Shown here: one piece after another, positions 31,700 to 41,561 of the stretch
Numbering within the stretch: position 1 is the first letter of the stretch
Layout of the letters: each line of letters opens with the position of its first letter
Origin: an uncultured Actinomycetes bacterium
GTDB taxonomy: Bacteria; Actinomycetota; Thermoleophilia; Gaiellales; JALYLC01
Length of the DNA stretch: 64,000 bases
Direction of reading: 5' to 3'
Assembly (NCBI GenBank): GCA_963834415.1
Contig: CAWIBP010000004.1
Coordinates: forward strand, 7,077-71,076
Notes under the pieces: model-generated
Seen by the model: only the letters and a program-made list of their open reading frames with translations
The model's database searches: none
Told to the model about the DNA's origin: nothing
Made by a program: the position numbers and the translations under genes

Positions 31700-33230
31700 G
31701 CCATCGCCGGCCCGTCGGGCTGACGTCGGGAGCCGGGTAATCGCCGGGACCGCGGGGCGCCGCCGCCGCGATGTCCCACTGGCCCGGCGTTTCGGTGACG
31801 GTGCCGAGCGCCTCGAGGAAGACGACGTAGTGGTGCGGGCGCACGACCTCGCCGTTCGACATCACGTTCTCGCTGTGGTGCGCCACGACCGGTTGCTGAC
31901 CTGGCATCAGCGCCTGCACGAGCGGCGCGTGCGTGGGAGGCGCGCCGACGGGCCGCTCGCCCGCCGGGTCGGTCGGACGTGCGGGATCGGCGGTCGGGTA
32001 CTCGTCGTCGAGGCCGAGCATGTGCCCGAACTCGTGCACGACCGTCCGCTGCTCGCTCTCGAACGTGCCGACGGCGATCTCGGCGCGCTGCCAGACGGGA
32101 TCCTCGGTCGCTCCCTCCGCGCCCTGCGAGTCGCTGGTCGGCTGTACCTGCGCGCCGCCCTTGACGATCTCGTTGGAGACGTTGCGCGCGCGGGCCTCCG
32201 AGAGCGACGCGTTGCGGTCGGCCGAGCCGTCGCGGCTCGCGCGTCCCGTCACGGTCACCGGGAACGGCGGCATGTCCGCCGCCCCGAGCGTGCGCCCGAA
32301 CGCCTGCAGCGCGGCCGCGTCACTCGCCGAGACCTCGGACTTCCCTTTCGCGAAGAGGATCTGGCCGGGATTGTCGGTGTCCACCTGCCCGTAGCGCTTC
32401 CTCGTGCGGGTGCTGCGGCTGCGGGTGTTGGAGTCGGGCTTCTCGACGCCGCCGGCATCTCGGTTGCTCTCCTGGAGCCTGCCCTTCGACTGGTTCTTCG
32501 AGCGATCCGACGGCCAGGTCATGGCCTCCTGGAGGTTCGCGTCATCGGGCCACTTGTTGACGGTGACGACCCACTGGGCCTTCTTGCCCTCGTCGCCGGT
32601 CGGCGGCGCGTCCGCGACCACGACTCGGACGTTCACGGGCGGCAGTCCCTCCCAGTGGGGCTTCTTGGTGAAGAACGTGTAGCGGTCGCTCCAGACGCTC
32701 TGGATGTCGGACACGGCCTGGGTGCGCCACTTCGCCTTTTCGTCCTCCTTCCAGAAGAAGTCGTCCGCCGTCCAGCCCGTGTTGGCCCAGCCGGCCAGGC
32801 CGCCGATCGCCGCGAACCACTTGGGGTCGAACGGGTTGCCGTTGGCGAAGTCGAACGCGATGCGCACGGTGATGACCATCTCGCCCGCGACCGGGTCGTA
32901 GGCCATGCCGAAGAGGCCGCCGCCGGTCGTGGGCTTGAAGTTGTCATTGCCCCAGTGCTGCGCCATGAAGAACGCGAGCTCGGCCTCCGCGCGCGCCTTC
33001 TCGACATCGGGGGCGGAAGCGCCGGCGACCTGCCTGCTCACGAGCGCGTTGCCGGCGCTGCGCTGCAGGGCCAGCAGCGGGTTGCCGGCCCCGCGGGCGG
33101 GCCGGCCGGGCTCCGCCTCGGGCCGAGGCGAGCCTGCTCGTGGACCGGCGGGGCCGGGTCGTCGAGTCGGCGAACGCGAGATTCGGTCGACACCGTCACC
33201 GATTGTGTCACCGTGGGCGGCGCGTGCCAT
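31696..33230 (-). CDS. OmpA-like domain plus zincin metalloprotease protein with 'LLALQRSAGN' N-terminal motif
   Basis: LLALQRSAGNALVSR; ILFAKGKSEV...VTGRASRDG..RNASLSEARARNV (OmpA-like); HEFGHMLGLDDEY with downstream NVMSNG Met-turn-like segment. Confidence 0.75.
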
Positions 33231-33279
33231 GCGCCGTGGTCGCCACCGCTGTTCAGCCGCGCGAGCGCCCTCGTGTCGC

Positions 33280-34089
33280 TCAGTCGGCCACAGCGGCGAG
33301 CGCCGCGCCGATCACGCCCGCGTCCTTGCCCAGCTCGGCCGGGACGACCGGCACGTCGCGCGTGTTGTCGGCGAAGATCATCGGCCGCAGCGCGGCCACG
33401 GCGAGCTCGCGGTAGCGGTCGACGAGGCCGAGGCCGCCGCCGATCACGACGACGCCGGGGTCGAGCGTGTTGACGAGCCCGGCGAGTCCCCCGCCGAGCT
33501 TGGCGGCGGCCTCCTCGACGACGTGGTCGAGCGACGGGTCGGCGAGCACGTCCTCGGCGCGCTCGCGGCCGCCCGCGCGCGCCAGCGCGAGGCCGCTCGC
33601 CACGTCCTCGAGCTGCGGCGCGCCCGTGCAGATCGCGTTGCCGCGCGCGCCCATGTAGGCGCGCCCGCCGATCACGAGGCAGTGGGCGATGCCGGTGCCG
33701 ACGGTCACGTAGAGCAGGTGCTCGACGCCGCGGCCGGCGCCGAAGCGCGCCTCGGCGACGGCCGCCGCGCGCACGTCGCTCTCGATCGTCGCACGGCCGA
33801 GCGGGCCGAAGGCTGCCGCCAGATCGACGTCGCGCCAGTCGATCGTGACCGCCGAGTGCGTGCGCCCGGCGGGGTCGACGAGCTCGCACACGCCCAGGCC
33901 GATCGGCAGGCCGCCGTGGCCCTCGCCGAGCTCGTCGGCGAGCTGGAGGCAGTCCTCGAGCACGGCCGCGGGACCGCGCCCGGGCTGCGTCGGCACCTCG
34001 AAGCGCTCCTCGACGACGCCCGTGCCGACATCGACGAGCCCGGCGGCGATCTTCGTGCCGCCGACGTCGATGCCGATCGCGAGCCTCAC
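33280..34089 (-). CDS. ROK family sugar kinase
   Basis: IGIDVGGTKIAAG; ESDVRAAAVAEARFGAG; YVTVGTGI; LDPGVVVIGGG; AGVIGAA. Confidence 0.9.
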   Translation of the reverse strand: MRLAIGIDVGGTKIAAGLVDVGTGVVEERFEVPTQPGRGPAAVLEDCLQLADELGEGHGGLPIGLGVCELVDPAGRTHSAVTIDWRDVDLAAAFGPLGRATIESDVRAAAVAEARFGAGRGVEHLLYVTVGTGIAHCLVIGGRAYMGARGNAICTGAPQLEDVASGLALARAGGRERAEDVLADPSLDHVVEEAAAKLGGGLAGLVNTLDPGVVVIGGGLGLVDRYRELAVAALRPMIFADNTRDVPVVPAELGKDAGVIGAALAAVAD

Positions 34090-34919
34090 GGCAGGTAGGC
34101 CGGCGCCACGCCGAAGAGCGCGCGCACCGGCGCCGAGCCGTAGCTGCGGTACTCGTGCTCGACGCCCTTCGGGATGTAGGCCGCGTCGCCCGGATTGAGC
34201 TCGAAGACGCTGTTGCCCGCCTCGCCGAAGGCGCGCACGTGGAGCACGCCCTCGAGCGCGTAGACGACCTCGTCGCCGCCGTGGGAGTGCGTCGCCGAGA
34301 TCTCGCCCGGGTTGAGCTCGAGCACGCCGGCCGTGAGGTGCTCGGTGCTGCAGTAGAGCCCCTCGAGCACGCCTAATGAGCGCCGCCAGGTGATCGGCGG
34401 CTCGAACAGCGTGCGCCGCGCGGGCTCGCCGCCGGGCAGCTTCCCGAGCAGCGCGTCGTCGCCGTAGCGCCAGTCGGCCTGCTCGAGGTAGGGCTTCGTG
34501 CGCGCGTACGCGCCCGACGAGCCGGAGGCCGGCGGCGGCGAGTAGAGCTCGAGCACCCGCAGCTCCTCGTTGCCGTGCGCGTGCACGTGGTGCCAGGTGT
34601 CGGCGCGGAAGAACACGTGCCCGCCGCGCGGCACGCGCAGCACCTCGCCCGTCTCGGGGTTCGCGATCACCATCGTGCCCTGCAGCACGTAGAGCAGCTC
34701 GTCGGCGCCGAAGATCGTGCGGAACTCCGGCGAGTGCCGGAACCACGCGCCCGGCGCGAGGCCGAAGAGCAGCGCGTGCACGTGCTCGGTCGAGGCGTAG
34801 ATCCAGTCGGCGACCTCGCCGGCCTCCGGGTCGCCCCAGACGTGGCGCGTGACGTCGGCGTACGTGATCAGCGCGGGGCCGTCGAAGGTCGGCCGGGGCG
34901 AGGGCTTGTAGGTCGTCAT
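34086..34919 (-). CDS. bicupin protein
   Basis: Two cupin units: FRHSPE..ADELLYVLQG..WHHVH and THSHGGDEVVYALEG..GVEHEY. Confidence 0.8.
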   Translation of the reverse strand: MTTYKPSPRPTFDGPALITYADVTRHVWGDPEAGEVADWIYASTEHVHALLFGLAPGAWFRHSPEFRTIFGADELLYVLQGTMVIANPETGEVLRVPRGGHVFFRADTWHHVHAHGNEELRVLELYSPPPASGSSGAYARTKPYLEQADWRYGDDALLGKLPGGEPARRTLFEPPITWRRSLGVLEGLYCSTEHLTAGVLELNPGEISATHSHGGDEVVYALEGVLHVRAFGEAGNSVFELNPGDAAYIPKGVEHEYRSYGSAPVRALFGVAPAYLP

Positions 34920-35533
34920 GCCTTGACGGCGACGGCGAGGCCGTCGCCGACCGGGATCGTGGTCGCGACGAGCGACGTGTCGGCGGCCAGCAGGTCGTGC
35001 ATGCCGCGCGTGCCCTCGAGGTTGGCGTCGCCGCCGGGCTCGGCGATGCGGCCGCGGCGGATCGCGTTGTCGGCGATCAGGATGCCGCCCGGGCGCAGCC
35101 GCTCGAGGCACAGCCGCACGTACTCGGGATAGGAGTCCTTGTCGGCGTCGATGAACGCGACGTCGTATGGCCCGGGCAGCGTCGCGAGCACGTCGACGCC
35201 CGCGCCGCGGTGCACGGTCACGCGATCGGCCAGGCCGGCGCGCTCGAACCAGTGCTCGGCGGCGTCGGCGTGCAGCTGCTCGATCTCGATCGTGTCGAGC
35301 TGACCACCGGCCGGGAGCTGGCGCGCCATCCAGATGCCGCTGTAGCCGAACAGCGTGCCGACCTCGAGCACGCGCGTGGCATCGGCGGCGCGCACGAACA
35401 GCGAGAGCAGACGACCCGCCTCGGCGCTGACCTGGATCTGCGGTCCGCGCTCCGCGATGTCCGCCTTGACCTCGCGCAGGAGGTCGTCCTCGCTCCAATA
35501 GCGCTGCGACAGGTACTGCTCGAGTGCATCCAT
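34916..35533 (-). CDS. O-methyltransferase (CCoAOMT/YrrM-like)
   Basis: VLEVGTLFGYSGIW; DVAFIDADKDSY; LRPGGILIADN; IPVGDGL. Confidence 0.92.
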   Translation of the reverse strand: MDALEQYLSQRYWSEDDLLREVKADIAERGPQIQVSAEAGRLLSLFVRAADATRVLEVGTLFGYSGIWMARQLPAGGQLDTIEIEQLHADAAEHWFERAGLADRVTVHRGAGVDVLATLPGPYDVAFIDADKDSYPEYVRLCLERLRPGGILIADNAIRRGRIAEPGGDANLEGTRGMHDLLAADTSLVATTIPVGDGLAVAVKA

Positions 35534-35543
35534 GCCCGGGAGG

Positions 35544-36383
35544 CTATCCAGGCCGGGTCACCGTCGCGCACGCGAGATAGTCGACGCCCTCCTGGAACGG
35601 CCAGCGCCAGAGCGCCGTCTCGATCGGCTCGAGACCTTGCTCGAGCGCGATCGCGCGGGGATCGCACGCGCTCGGCCCGTGCCCGCGGGCCACCAGCTCG
35701 AGCGCAGCCGCGACATCGCTCTCGGCCGCCGCGAGCACCTCGGCGAGCGTGATCGGCTGGAGGTGATCCTCCCACCACCCGAGCGGGTCGTGCACGTGCA
35801 CGACGACGCGCCCGGGCGCCGCGCTGGCGTGCAGGCGCCGCACGACGGAGGCGACGAGCGGCCGGTCGATGCGCGCGAGGATCACGCCGATGCGCTCGCG
35901 CGGCAGGGAGGTGTCGCGCATCGCCGGATACAGCAGCTGGCTGTAGAGCAGGTCGCCGACCACGAGGTCGTAGGCGCCCTTGCCGAGCGGGGTGGCCGGA
36001 GCCTCGCCGATCGCCGGGATGTCGCCGCGCGCAGCGGTCGCGACGAGGGCGTCGGCGACGCCGCCCGTGACGTCCTCGCGGATCACCTCGACCCGGCGGC
36101 GCAGGTCGCCCGGCAGGCGCCCGCGCGCGCTCCGCGCCGCGCGCGCGTCGAGGTCGATCAGATCGACGCGCAGCGCCCGCTCGGCCAGTCGCCGAAGCGG
36201 CACGTCGTGCCCGTTGCCGGCGCCGACGACCGCAACGCAGGCGCCGGGCGTGAGCTGGCGCTCGAGCACCGCCCAGAGCGCGTCGCGCGCGGGCTCCCAG
36301 CGCGCGAGCCGCTCGGGGCCGCCGCGCGCGTTGCGCGCGGAGTTGGCGCGCGAGGCCGGCCCACCGCGTGCGAGGAGCCTCAA
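35544..36383 (-). CDS. hypothetical protein with class I SAM-methyltransferase-like motif
   Basis: VAVVGAGNGHDVPL..VDLIDLD; YDLVVGDLLYSQL; TTG start overlaps the AKR stop. Confidence 0.6.
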   Translation of the reverse strand: MRLLARGGPASRANSARNARGGPERLARWEPARDALWAVLERQLTPGACVAVVGAGNGHDVPLRRLAERALRVDLIDLDARAARSARGRLPGDLRRRVEVIREDVTGGVADALVATAARGDIPAIGEAPATPLGKGAYDLVVGDLLYSQLLYPAMRDTSLPRERIGVILARIDRPLVASVVRRLHASAAPGRVVVHVHDPLGWWEDHLQPITLAEVLAAAESDVAAALELVARGHGPSACDPRAIALEQGLEPIETALWRWPFQEGVDYLACATVTRPG

Positions 36384-37357
36384 GGAGTCGGCGCCCTGGG
36401 CGGCAGCAGGCCGTCGTCCTTGAGCTCGGCCCACAGGTCCGCCGGGATCGTGCAGGCGAGCAGGCGCGCGTTCTCGGCGGCCTCCTCCGGCGAGCGCGCG
36501 CCGACCACGACCGACGCGACCGCCGGATGCGCGCTCGTGAACTGCAGCGCGGCAGCCCGCAGCGGGACGCCGTGGTTGCGGCAGACGGCGCCGACGCGGC
36601 GGGCGCGCTGCACCACATCCGGAGCCGCCGGCTGATAGTCGAAGCGCGGCTCGGCCGCTTCCGGGTCGGCCAGGATGCCGCTGTTGTAGACGCCGCCCGC
36701 GAGCACGGCGATGCCCTGCGCCGCGCACTCGGGCAGCAGCTCCGGCAGCGCCGACTGGTCGAGCAGCGTGTAGCGGCCCGCCAGCAGGAAGCAGTCGAAG
36801 TGCGCCTCGCGCGCGAGTGCGAGCAGCGCCTGCCAGCTGTTCATGCCGGCTCCGACCGCGCCGATCACGCCCTGGTCGCGCAGCTCGAGCAGCGCCCGGT
36901 GCGCGCCGCTGAGCGCCGCCTCGTGCGCGTCGTCGGGATCGTGCACGTGGACGATGTCGATGCGGTCGGCGCCGAGCCGCGCGAGGCTCTCCTCGAACGA
37001 GCGCAGAGCCCCGTCGTAGCTGAAGTCGAAGACCGGGGCGACGTCGAGCGGGACGCCCTGCCAGTTCGGGTCGGCGTCGCGCGGATCGGCCGGGCGCAGC
37101 AGCCGGCCCACCTTGGTCGCGAGCACGTACTCGTCGCGCGGCCGCTCGCGCAGCGCGCGCCCGAGGCGCAGCTCCGAGTCGCCCATGCCGTAGAGCGGCG
37201 CGGTGTCGAAGAGCCGCGCGCCGGACTCCCAGGCCGCGTCGACCGTGGCGATCGCGGCCTCCTCGGAGACGGCCTCGTAGAGACCGCCGAGCGGCGCGGT
37301 GCCGAGTCCGAGCCGCGTGACCGCGAGGCCGGTGTCGCGGATCGGAGAGGTCTCCAC
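36380..37357 (-). CDS. aldo/keto reductase (D-threo-aldose/L-fucose dehydrogenase-like)
   Basis: LGLGTAPLGGLY; FDTAPLYG; ATKVGRLL; FDFSYDG; IVHVHDPD; LLAGRYTLLDQ. Confidence 0.92.
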   Translation of the reverse strand: METSPIRDTGLAVTRLGLGTAPLGGLYEAVSEEAAIATVDAAWESGARLFDTAPLYGMGDSELRLGRALRERPRDEYVLATKVGRLLRPADPRDADPNWQGVPLDVAPVFDFSYDGALRSFEESLARLGADRIDIVHVHDPDDAHEAALSGAHRALLELRDQGVIGAVGAGMNSWQALLALAREAHFDCFLLAGRYTLLDQSALPELLPECAAQGIAVLAGGVYNSGILADPEAAEPRFDYQPAAPDVVQRARRVGAVCRNHGVPLRAAALQFTSAHPAVASVVVGARSPEEAAENARLLACTIPADLWAELKDDGLLPPRAPTP

Positions 37358-37474
37358 GGGGACAGGCTACCCCGCGTCGCCGCCCGATCGGCGACGACGC
37401 GCACGTCGATGCCCTGCTCGCGCGCGTGCGCCTGCGCCACGGCGAGACTCGCCGGCGCGCGCGGAGTCGACTGG

Positions 37475-37549
37475 ATCGAGGAGGATCCGCGCCACCCGGC
37501 GCTGGTCGTGACCGAGCCGGGCCTCGGCTACCGCTTCCCGTCTACCTGA
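37475..37549 (+). pseudogene. relic resembling the C-terminus of a KdpE/OmpR-type response regulator
   Basis: IEEDPRHPALVVTEPGLGYRFPST* resembles the KdpE winged-helix end. No receiver domain is present upstream. Confidence 0.5.
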
Positions 37550-38741
37550 TGACGTTGCTGGCGCAGGCGATGTTCGACAGCTTCTTCGTGCCGTCGGTCG
37601 CCTGTGCGCAGACGTAGCCGGTGAAGGCCTTCGCGCTGCTCCCGAGCCGGAACTGCACCCAGGTGTTGGTCGCGACGCTGCGGAAGGCGCGCGAGATCTT
37701 CCGGCCGCCGTTCGTGTAGAAGGTGATCCCGACGCGCGTGTTGCGGCTCTTGTCGTCGTCGACCCGCAGCGAGAGCACGCCGCGCTGGTTGAGGTGCCGG
37801 CGCACCGCCCTGACCCTGGCGGTGGGCGGGAGGTCGCGCAGCTTCGCCCAGTTGGCAGTCGGCGTGGCGAGCGCGCGGTCGATGAAGCCGCGCTCGCTCG
37901 AGACGAGCACGAGGTAGGACCGCGAGAACTCGCAGTCGCGCTCCGAGCCGTAGCTGATGATGCCCTCGACGACGAGATTGGAGGACGTGTTCTCGTAGGC
38001 GAAGGCCGGCCCGCCCGAGTCGCCATAGCACGATGTGCCGCCGGGCACGTCGGGATCGCTCGAGGCCGCGCCGCAGAACAGCCACGAGGGGTCGAACGAC
38101 TCCGAGACGAGCGTGCAGGAGGCGGGCGCGGCGGCCGAGATCAGCGCCGCCTTGAGGGCCGAGGGCTGCGTCTCGTCGTTCGTCGAGGTGGCGCCGTAGC
38201 CCGCGATCAGCAGCGACGTGCCCGCGCCGGGGCGCTGCTCGGCGAGCAGCGCCGGCGCCTGGGGCATTGCCCGGTCGAGCGCGAGCAGGGCGATGTCGTG
38301 GTTGTGGCGGCGGCCGTCCCAGCGGTAGAACGGCTGCGGCAACACGGCGGTGACGCCCGCGGACACGCCGAGCGACGGGTCGGAGACGTTGCGCGAGCCG
38401 ATGCGCACCGAGATGTCGGCCGGCCGTGCGACGCCGAGCAGGTTGCCTCGCTTGCTGGTGCCGTAGACGCAGTGCGCCGCGGTCATCACGACGCTCGGGG
38501 CGATCAGCGTGCCGGAGCACGAGCCGCTGCCGCCGCGCTCCTTGATGACGATGAACGCGAGCGGCGAGGCGAACGCGTCGGTGGTCTCGTCGGTGCCGCC
38601 GACGATGGCTCCGGCTGCCGGCGTGATGATCGTCAGGGCGAGCAGGGCGAGGAGGGGCGCGACGCGGCGGAGGTGGCAGCGCCGGGGACGTTGCAGGTCG
38701 CGCGGCGTGGCGGTGCGTGGCGGGTTGGTGCGAAGGGCCAT
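37542..38741 (-). CDS. secreted trypsin-like serine protease (S1)
   Basis: Signal ending AAGA then IVGG; triad motifs TAAHC, DIALL and GDSGGP; C-terminal beta-rich domain. Confidence 0.92.
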   Translation of the reverse strand: MALRTNPPRTATPRDLQRPRRCHLRRVAPLLALLALTIITPAAGAIVGGTDETTDAFASPLAFIVIKERGGSGSCSGTLIAPSVVMTAAHCVYGTSKRGNLLGVARPADISVRIGSRNVSDPSLGVSAGVTAVLPQPFYRWDGRRHNHDIALLALDRAMPQAPALLAEQRPGAGTSLLIAGYGATSTNDETQPSALKAALISAAAPASCTLVSESFDPSWLFCGAASSDPDVPGGTSCYGDSGGPAFAYENTSSNLVVEGIISYGSERDCEFSRSYLVLVSSERGFIDRALATPTANWAKLRDLPPTARVRAVRRHLNQRGVLSLRVDDDKSRNTRVGITFYTNGGRKISRAFRSVATNTWVQFRLGSSAKAFTGYVCAQATDGTKKLSNIACASNVIR

Positions 38742-38873
38742 CACGGGTGGGATCGGTCGGGCGGGCGCTGGGAATGAGGCGTTCGGCGCGATCTCACTCT
38801 TCCCGGGGCACCGTAGCCGTGGTCGCCGCGCCGGCTGGGGATGTTCTTGGCGGCTTAACCTGGCGGGGCGTTG

Positions 38874-38978
38874 CCGGTGAACGTCTGGGGTCTGACGCCG
38901 GCCGTGCACGCGCGACCTCCGGTGGCGAGGGGCGTCTGGGCGTGCGCGGTTGGGGTCTGACGCCGGGCGTTCCACCGG
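38874..38978. repeat. pair of REP-like TGGGGTCTGACGCCGG direct repeats within imperfect inverted flanks
   Basis: Identical 16-mers at 38886-38901 and 38951-38966; flanks CCGGTGAACG (38874) and CGTTCCACCGG (to 38978). Confidence 0.6.
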
Positions 38979-39171
38979 AGAGGTCTTTGCGCTTGTCGTG
39001 CCCGTGGACGCGGGGGCTTGGTGGTGGCGTTTCGTGCGTCGGCTGGGAGGGTGGTTTGGCGGGCGGTGCGGATGCTCCGCGTGATGGTCGCGCGCTCGGG
39101 TTGTTCTTAGGAAATACCTGCAATTCGGCACAATGTCGGCACACTTTTGAGGGTCACGATCGGGTAGTATA

Positions 39172-39185
39172 CGAACAGATGTTCG
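39172..39185. promoter_or_regulatory. LexA (SOS) box overlapping the start of the DUF222-HNH gene
   Basis: CGAAC-AGAT-GTTCG matches the actinobacterial/Gram-positive CGAAC-N4-GTTCG consensus; -10-like TAGTAT immediately upstream. Confidence 0.8.
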
Positions 39186-40303
39186 ATCAAACCTCTGAGT
39201 CGGCGAGCCTCGTGCTGGAGCGCGTCCGTGAGGCTTGCGTCTCGCGTTTGCGGGAGTTGTCGCTGCAGGAGGCGCTGATCCAAGCCGAGCGCATGGAACT
39301 CCAGCGCGCCGCCGACGCGCGCGGGGACTGGAAGGCCGCCGGGTGCTCCTCGAGCGCGCAGTGGCTGGCTGGGGCGTCGGGGAGCGAGTTCGGGACGGCC
39401 AGGCGAATTACGCGTACCAACGAGGCGCTGCGCAGCCTGCCGTGCCTCGACGAGGCGTTCACCTCCGGGACGCTGACGCTCGATCAGGTCTCCGCTGCGG
39501 CGCAGTTCGCGACCGCCGAGACCGACGACGAGCTCGCGCGCCTGGCCGTCGGCAAGCCGCCCTCGCAGATCCTGCTCGCAGCGCGCACGCTCGCGCCGCC
39601 CAAGGTCGCGGATGACGCCGAGCTGTATCGGCGGCGCGCGTTGAGCATGACCTGGACGAAGGGCAATCGCGAGCTCGCGATCAGCGGCCGCCTGCCGCTC
39701 GAGCAGGGGGTTGCGTTCAAGCAGACGATCTGGGACATCGCCAAGGCGCAACGCGCCAGCGACAAGCAGGATGGCGTCGTGCTCGAGTGGCAGCAGTCGG
39801 CCGCCGATGCGCTCGTCTGCCTCGCCCAGAACTCCGGCGGCAGCGCGGGTGGTGTGCGGCGGAGTGCGACGACGATGATCGTGCACCTCAGCCCCGACGA
39901 GCCGCCCGTGCTCGAGGGCGCCGGGCCGATCAGCCTCGAGACTGCCGAGTACCTGACCTGTGACGCGCGCCGCCTGTTCGTCAAGCCGCAGGGCCGCGAC
40001 CTCGTGCACTCGCGCATCGGGCGTTGCGCCTCGTATCCGCAGATGCGGGCGCTGCTGCACCGCTCGCAGCACTGCCAGCACCCGGGCTGCACCAGCACCG
40101 ACGAGTTGCAGGCCCATCACGTGCACTACGAGGAGCACGGCGGCAAGACCGAGCTCGCGAACCTCATCCTGCTCTGCTCCCGCCACCACCGGCACCTCCA
40201 TCACAACCACATCCGCATCAGCGGCACCGCCACGACGCCCGTCTTCACCGACGCGGCCGGACGCGCGATCACCGCCCACCAACCACACGCACCGCCCGGA
40301 TAG
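39179..40303 (+). CDS. DUF222 (13E12 repeat family) HNH endonuclease
   Basis: GDWKAAGCSSSAQWL; SAADAL; TMIVHL; LTCDA; CQHPGC..AHHVHYEEHGGKTELANLILLCSRHH. Confidence 0.9.
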   Translation: MFDQTSESASLVLERVREACVSRLRELSLQEALIQAERMELQRAADARGDWKAAGCSSSAQWLAGASGSEFGTARRITRTNEALRSLPCLDEAFTSGTLTLDQVSAAAQFATAETDDELARLAVGKPPSQILLAARTLAPPKVADDAELYRRRALSMTWTKGNRELAISGRLPLEQGVAFKQTIWDIAKAQRASDKQDGVVLEWQQSAADALVCLAQNSGGSAGGVRRSATTMIVHLSPDEPPVLEGAGPISLETAEYLTCDARRLFVKPQGRDLVHSRIGRCASYPQMRALLHRSQHCQHPGCTSTDELQAHHVHYEEHGGKTELANLILLCSRHHRHLHHNHIRISGTATTPVFTDAAGRAITAHQPHAPPG

Positions 40304-40318
40304 CCGGGCCTGGGAGGC

Positions 40319-41561
40319 TCAGGCTGGCGTCTCGGCCAGCCGCCGCGCCAGGAACTCGCGCTCACCGGGGTTGCCGGTGAGCTCGAGCGCTCGCTCGTAG
40401 GCTGCGCGCGCGGCGGCGGCGTTGCCGAGCGTGCGCTGGACGTCGGCGTGGGCGGCGTGGAAGGGCGCGTAGTCGCCGAGGCGCTCCGCGAGCTTTTCCA
40501 GCAACGGCAGGGCCGCTGCCGGCCCGTCGGCTCGCGAGACGGCTACTGCGTCGATTGAGTGCGATCACCGGCGAGGGGTCGGCCCGCGCGAGCAGACCGT
40601 AGAGCGACGCGACCTGCAGCCAGTCGGTCTCGGCAGAGGTGGGTGCGAGCGAGTGGAGGCACGCGATCGCGGCCTGCAGGGCATACGGGCCCGAGCCCTG
40701 CGCGAGCGTGCTGCGCACGAGGTCGTCGGCCTCGGCTGCAAGCGCCGCGTCATAGCGCGCGCGGTCGTGGTCCTCGAGCGCCACGTACGCGCCGGCCGCG
40801 TCGTAGCGGGCTCCCCTGCGCGCCTCCGTCGCGAGGCAGAGGGCGAGCAGACCGCGCGCCTCGCTCTCGTCGGGCATCAGCTTGACGAGCACGCGCGCGA
40901 GGCGGATCGCCTCGCTGCACAGGTCGGCTCGCACCGCCGCATCGCCGGCCGTGGCCGCATGGCCCTCATTGAAGACGAGATAGATGACGGCGAGCACCGC
41001 ACCGAGCCGTGCCGGCAGCTCGTGATCGGCCGGCGGATCCATGCTCACTCGTGCTTCGCGCAACGTCTTCTTGGCGCGCACGAGCCGCTGGGCGATCGCC
41101 GGCGAGGTGGTCAGCAAGGCACGCGCGATCTCCTCCGGCGTCAGACCCGCGACCAGGCGCAGCGTCAGCGCGATGCTCGCATCCGCCGTCAGCAACGGAC
41201 TGCAGCACGCGAACATCAGGCCCAGGCGCTCGTCGGGGATCGTGGAGTCGCGCTCGGGCTCGATCGCACGCCGGAGCGCCTCCAGCTCGGTCGCCTGACG
41301 CTCCCGCTCGGTCGCCATGCGCCGCCTGCGCAACACGTCGATCGCGCGATTGCGCGCCGTGCGGATGATCCAGGCACCGGGCTCGTCCGGCACGCCGTCG
41401 CGCGGCCAGCGCTCGAGCGCGGCCGCGAACGCGTCCTGCACGACCTCCTCCGCCAGATCGAGATCACCGACGCTGCGCGCGAGGACACCGACGGCCCGGC
41501 CGAACCATTCCCGGTAGAGCCAGCCGATGGCCTCGCGCTGCAGCGGGGGCGGCGTGCTCAC
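40319..41561 (-). CDS. ECF sigma-70 factor with DUF6596/TPR-like C-terminal extension, frameshifted near 40550
   Basis: DLAEEVVQDAF..WPRDGVP; IPDERLGLMFACC; AQRLVRAK; YLVFNEG; GPYALQAAIACLH; SPVIALNR. Confidence 0.92.

Noticed and set aside
31299..33230. Single 643-aa ORF
   Set aside because: A GTGA stop/start overlap at 31696-31699 plus compensating indels indicate two genes.
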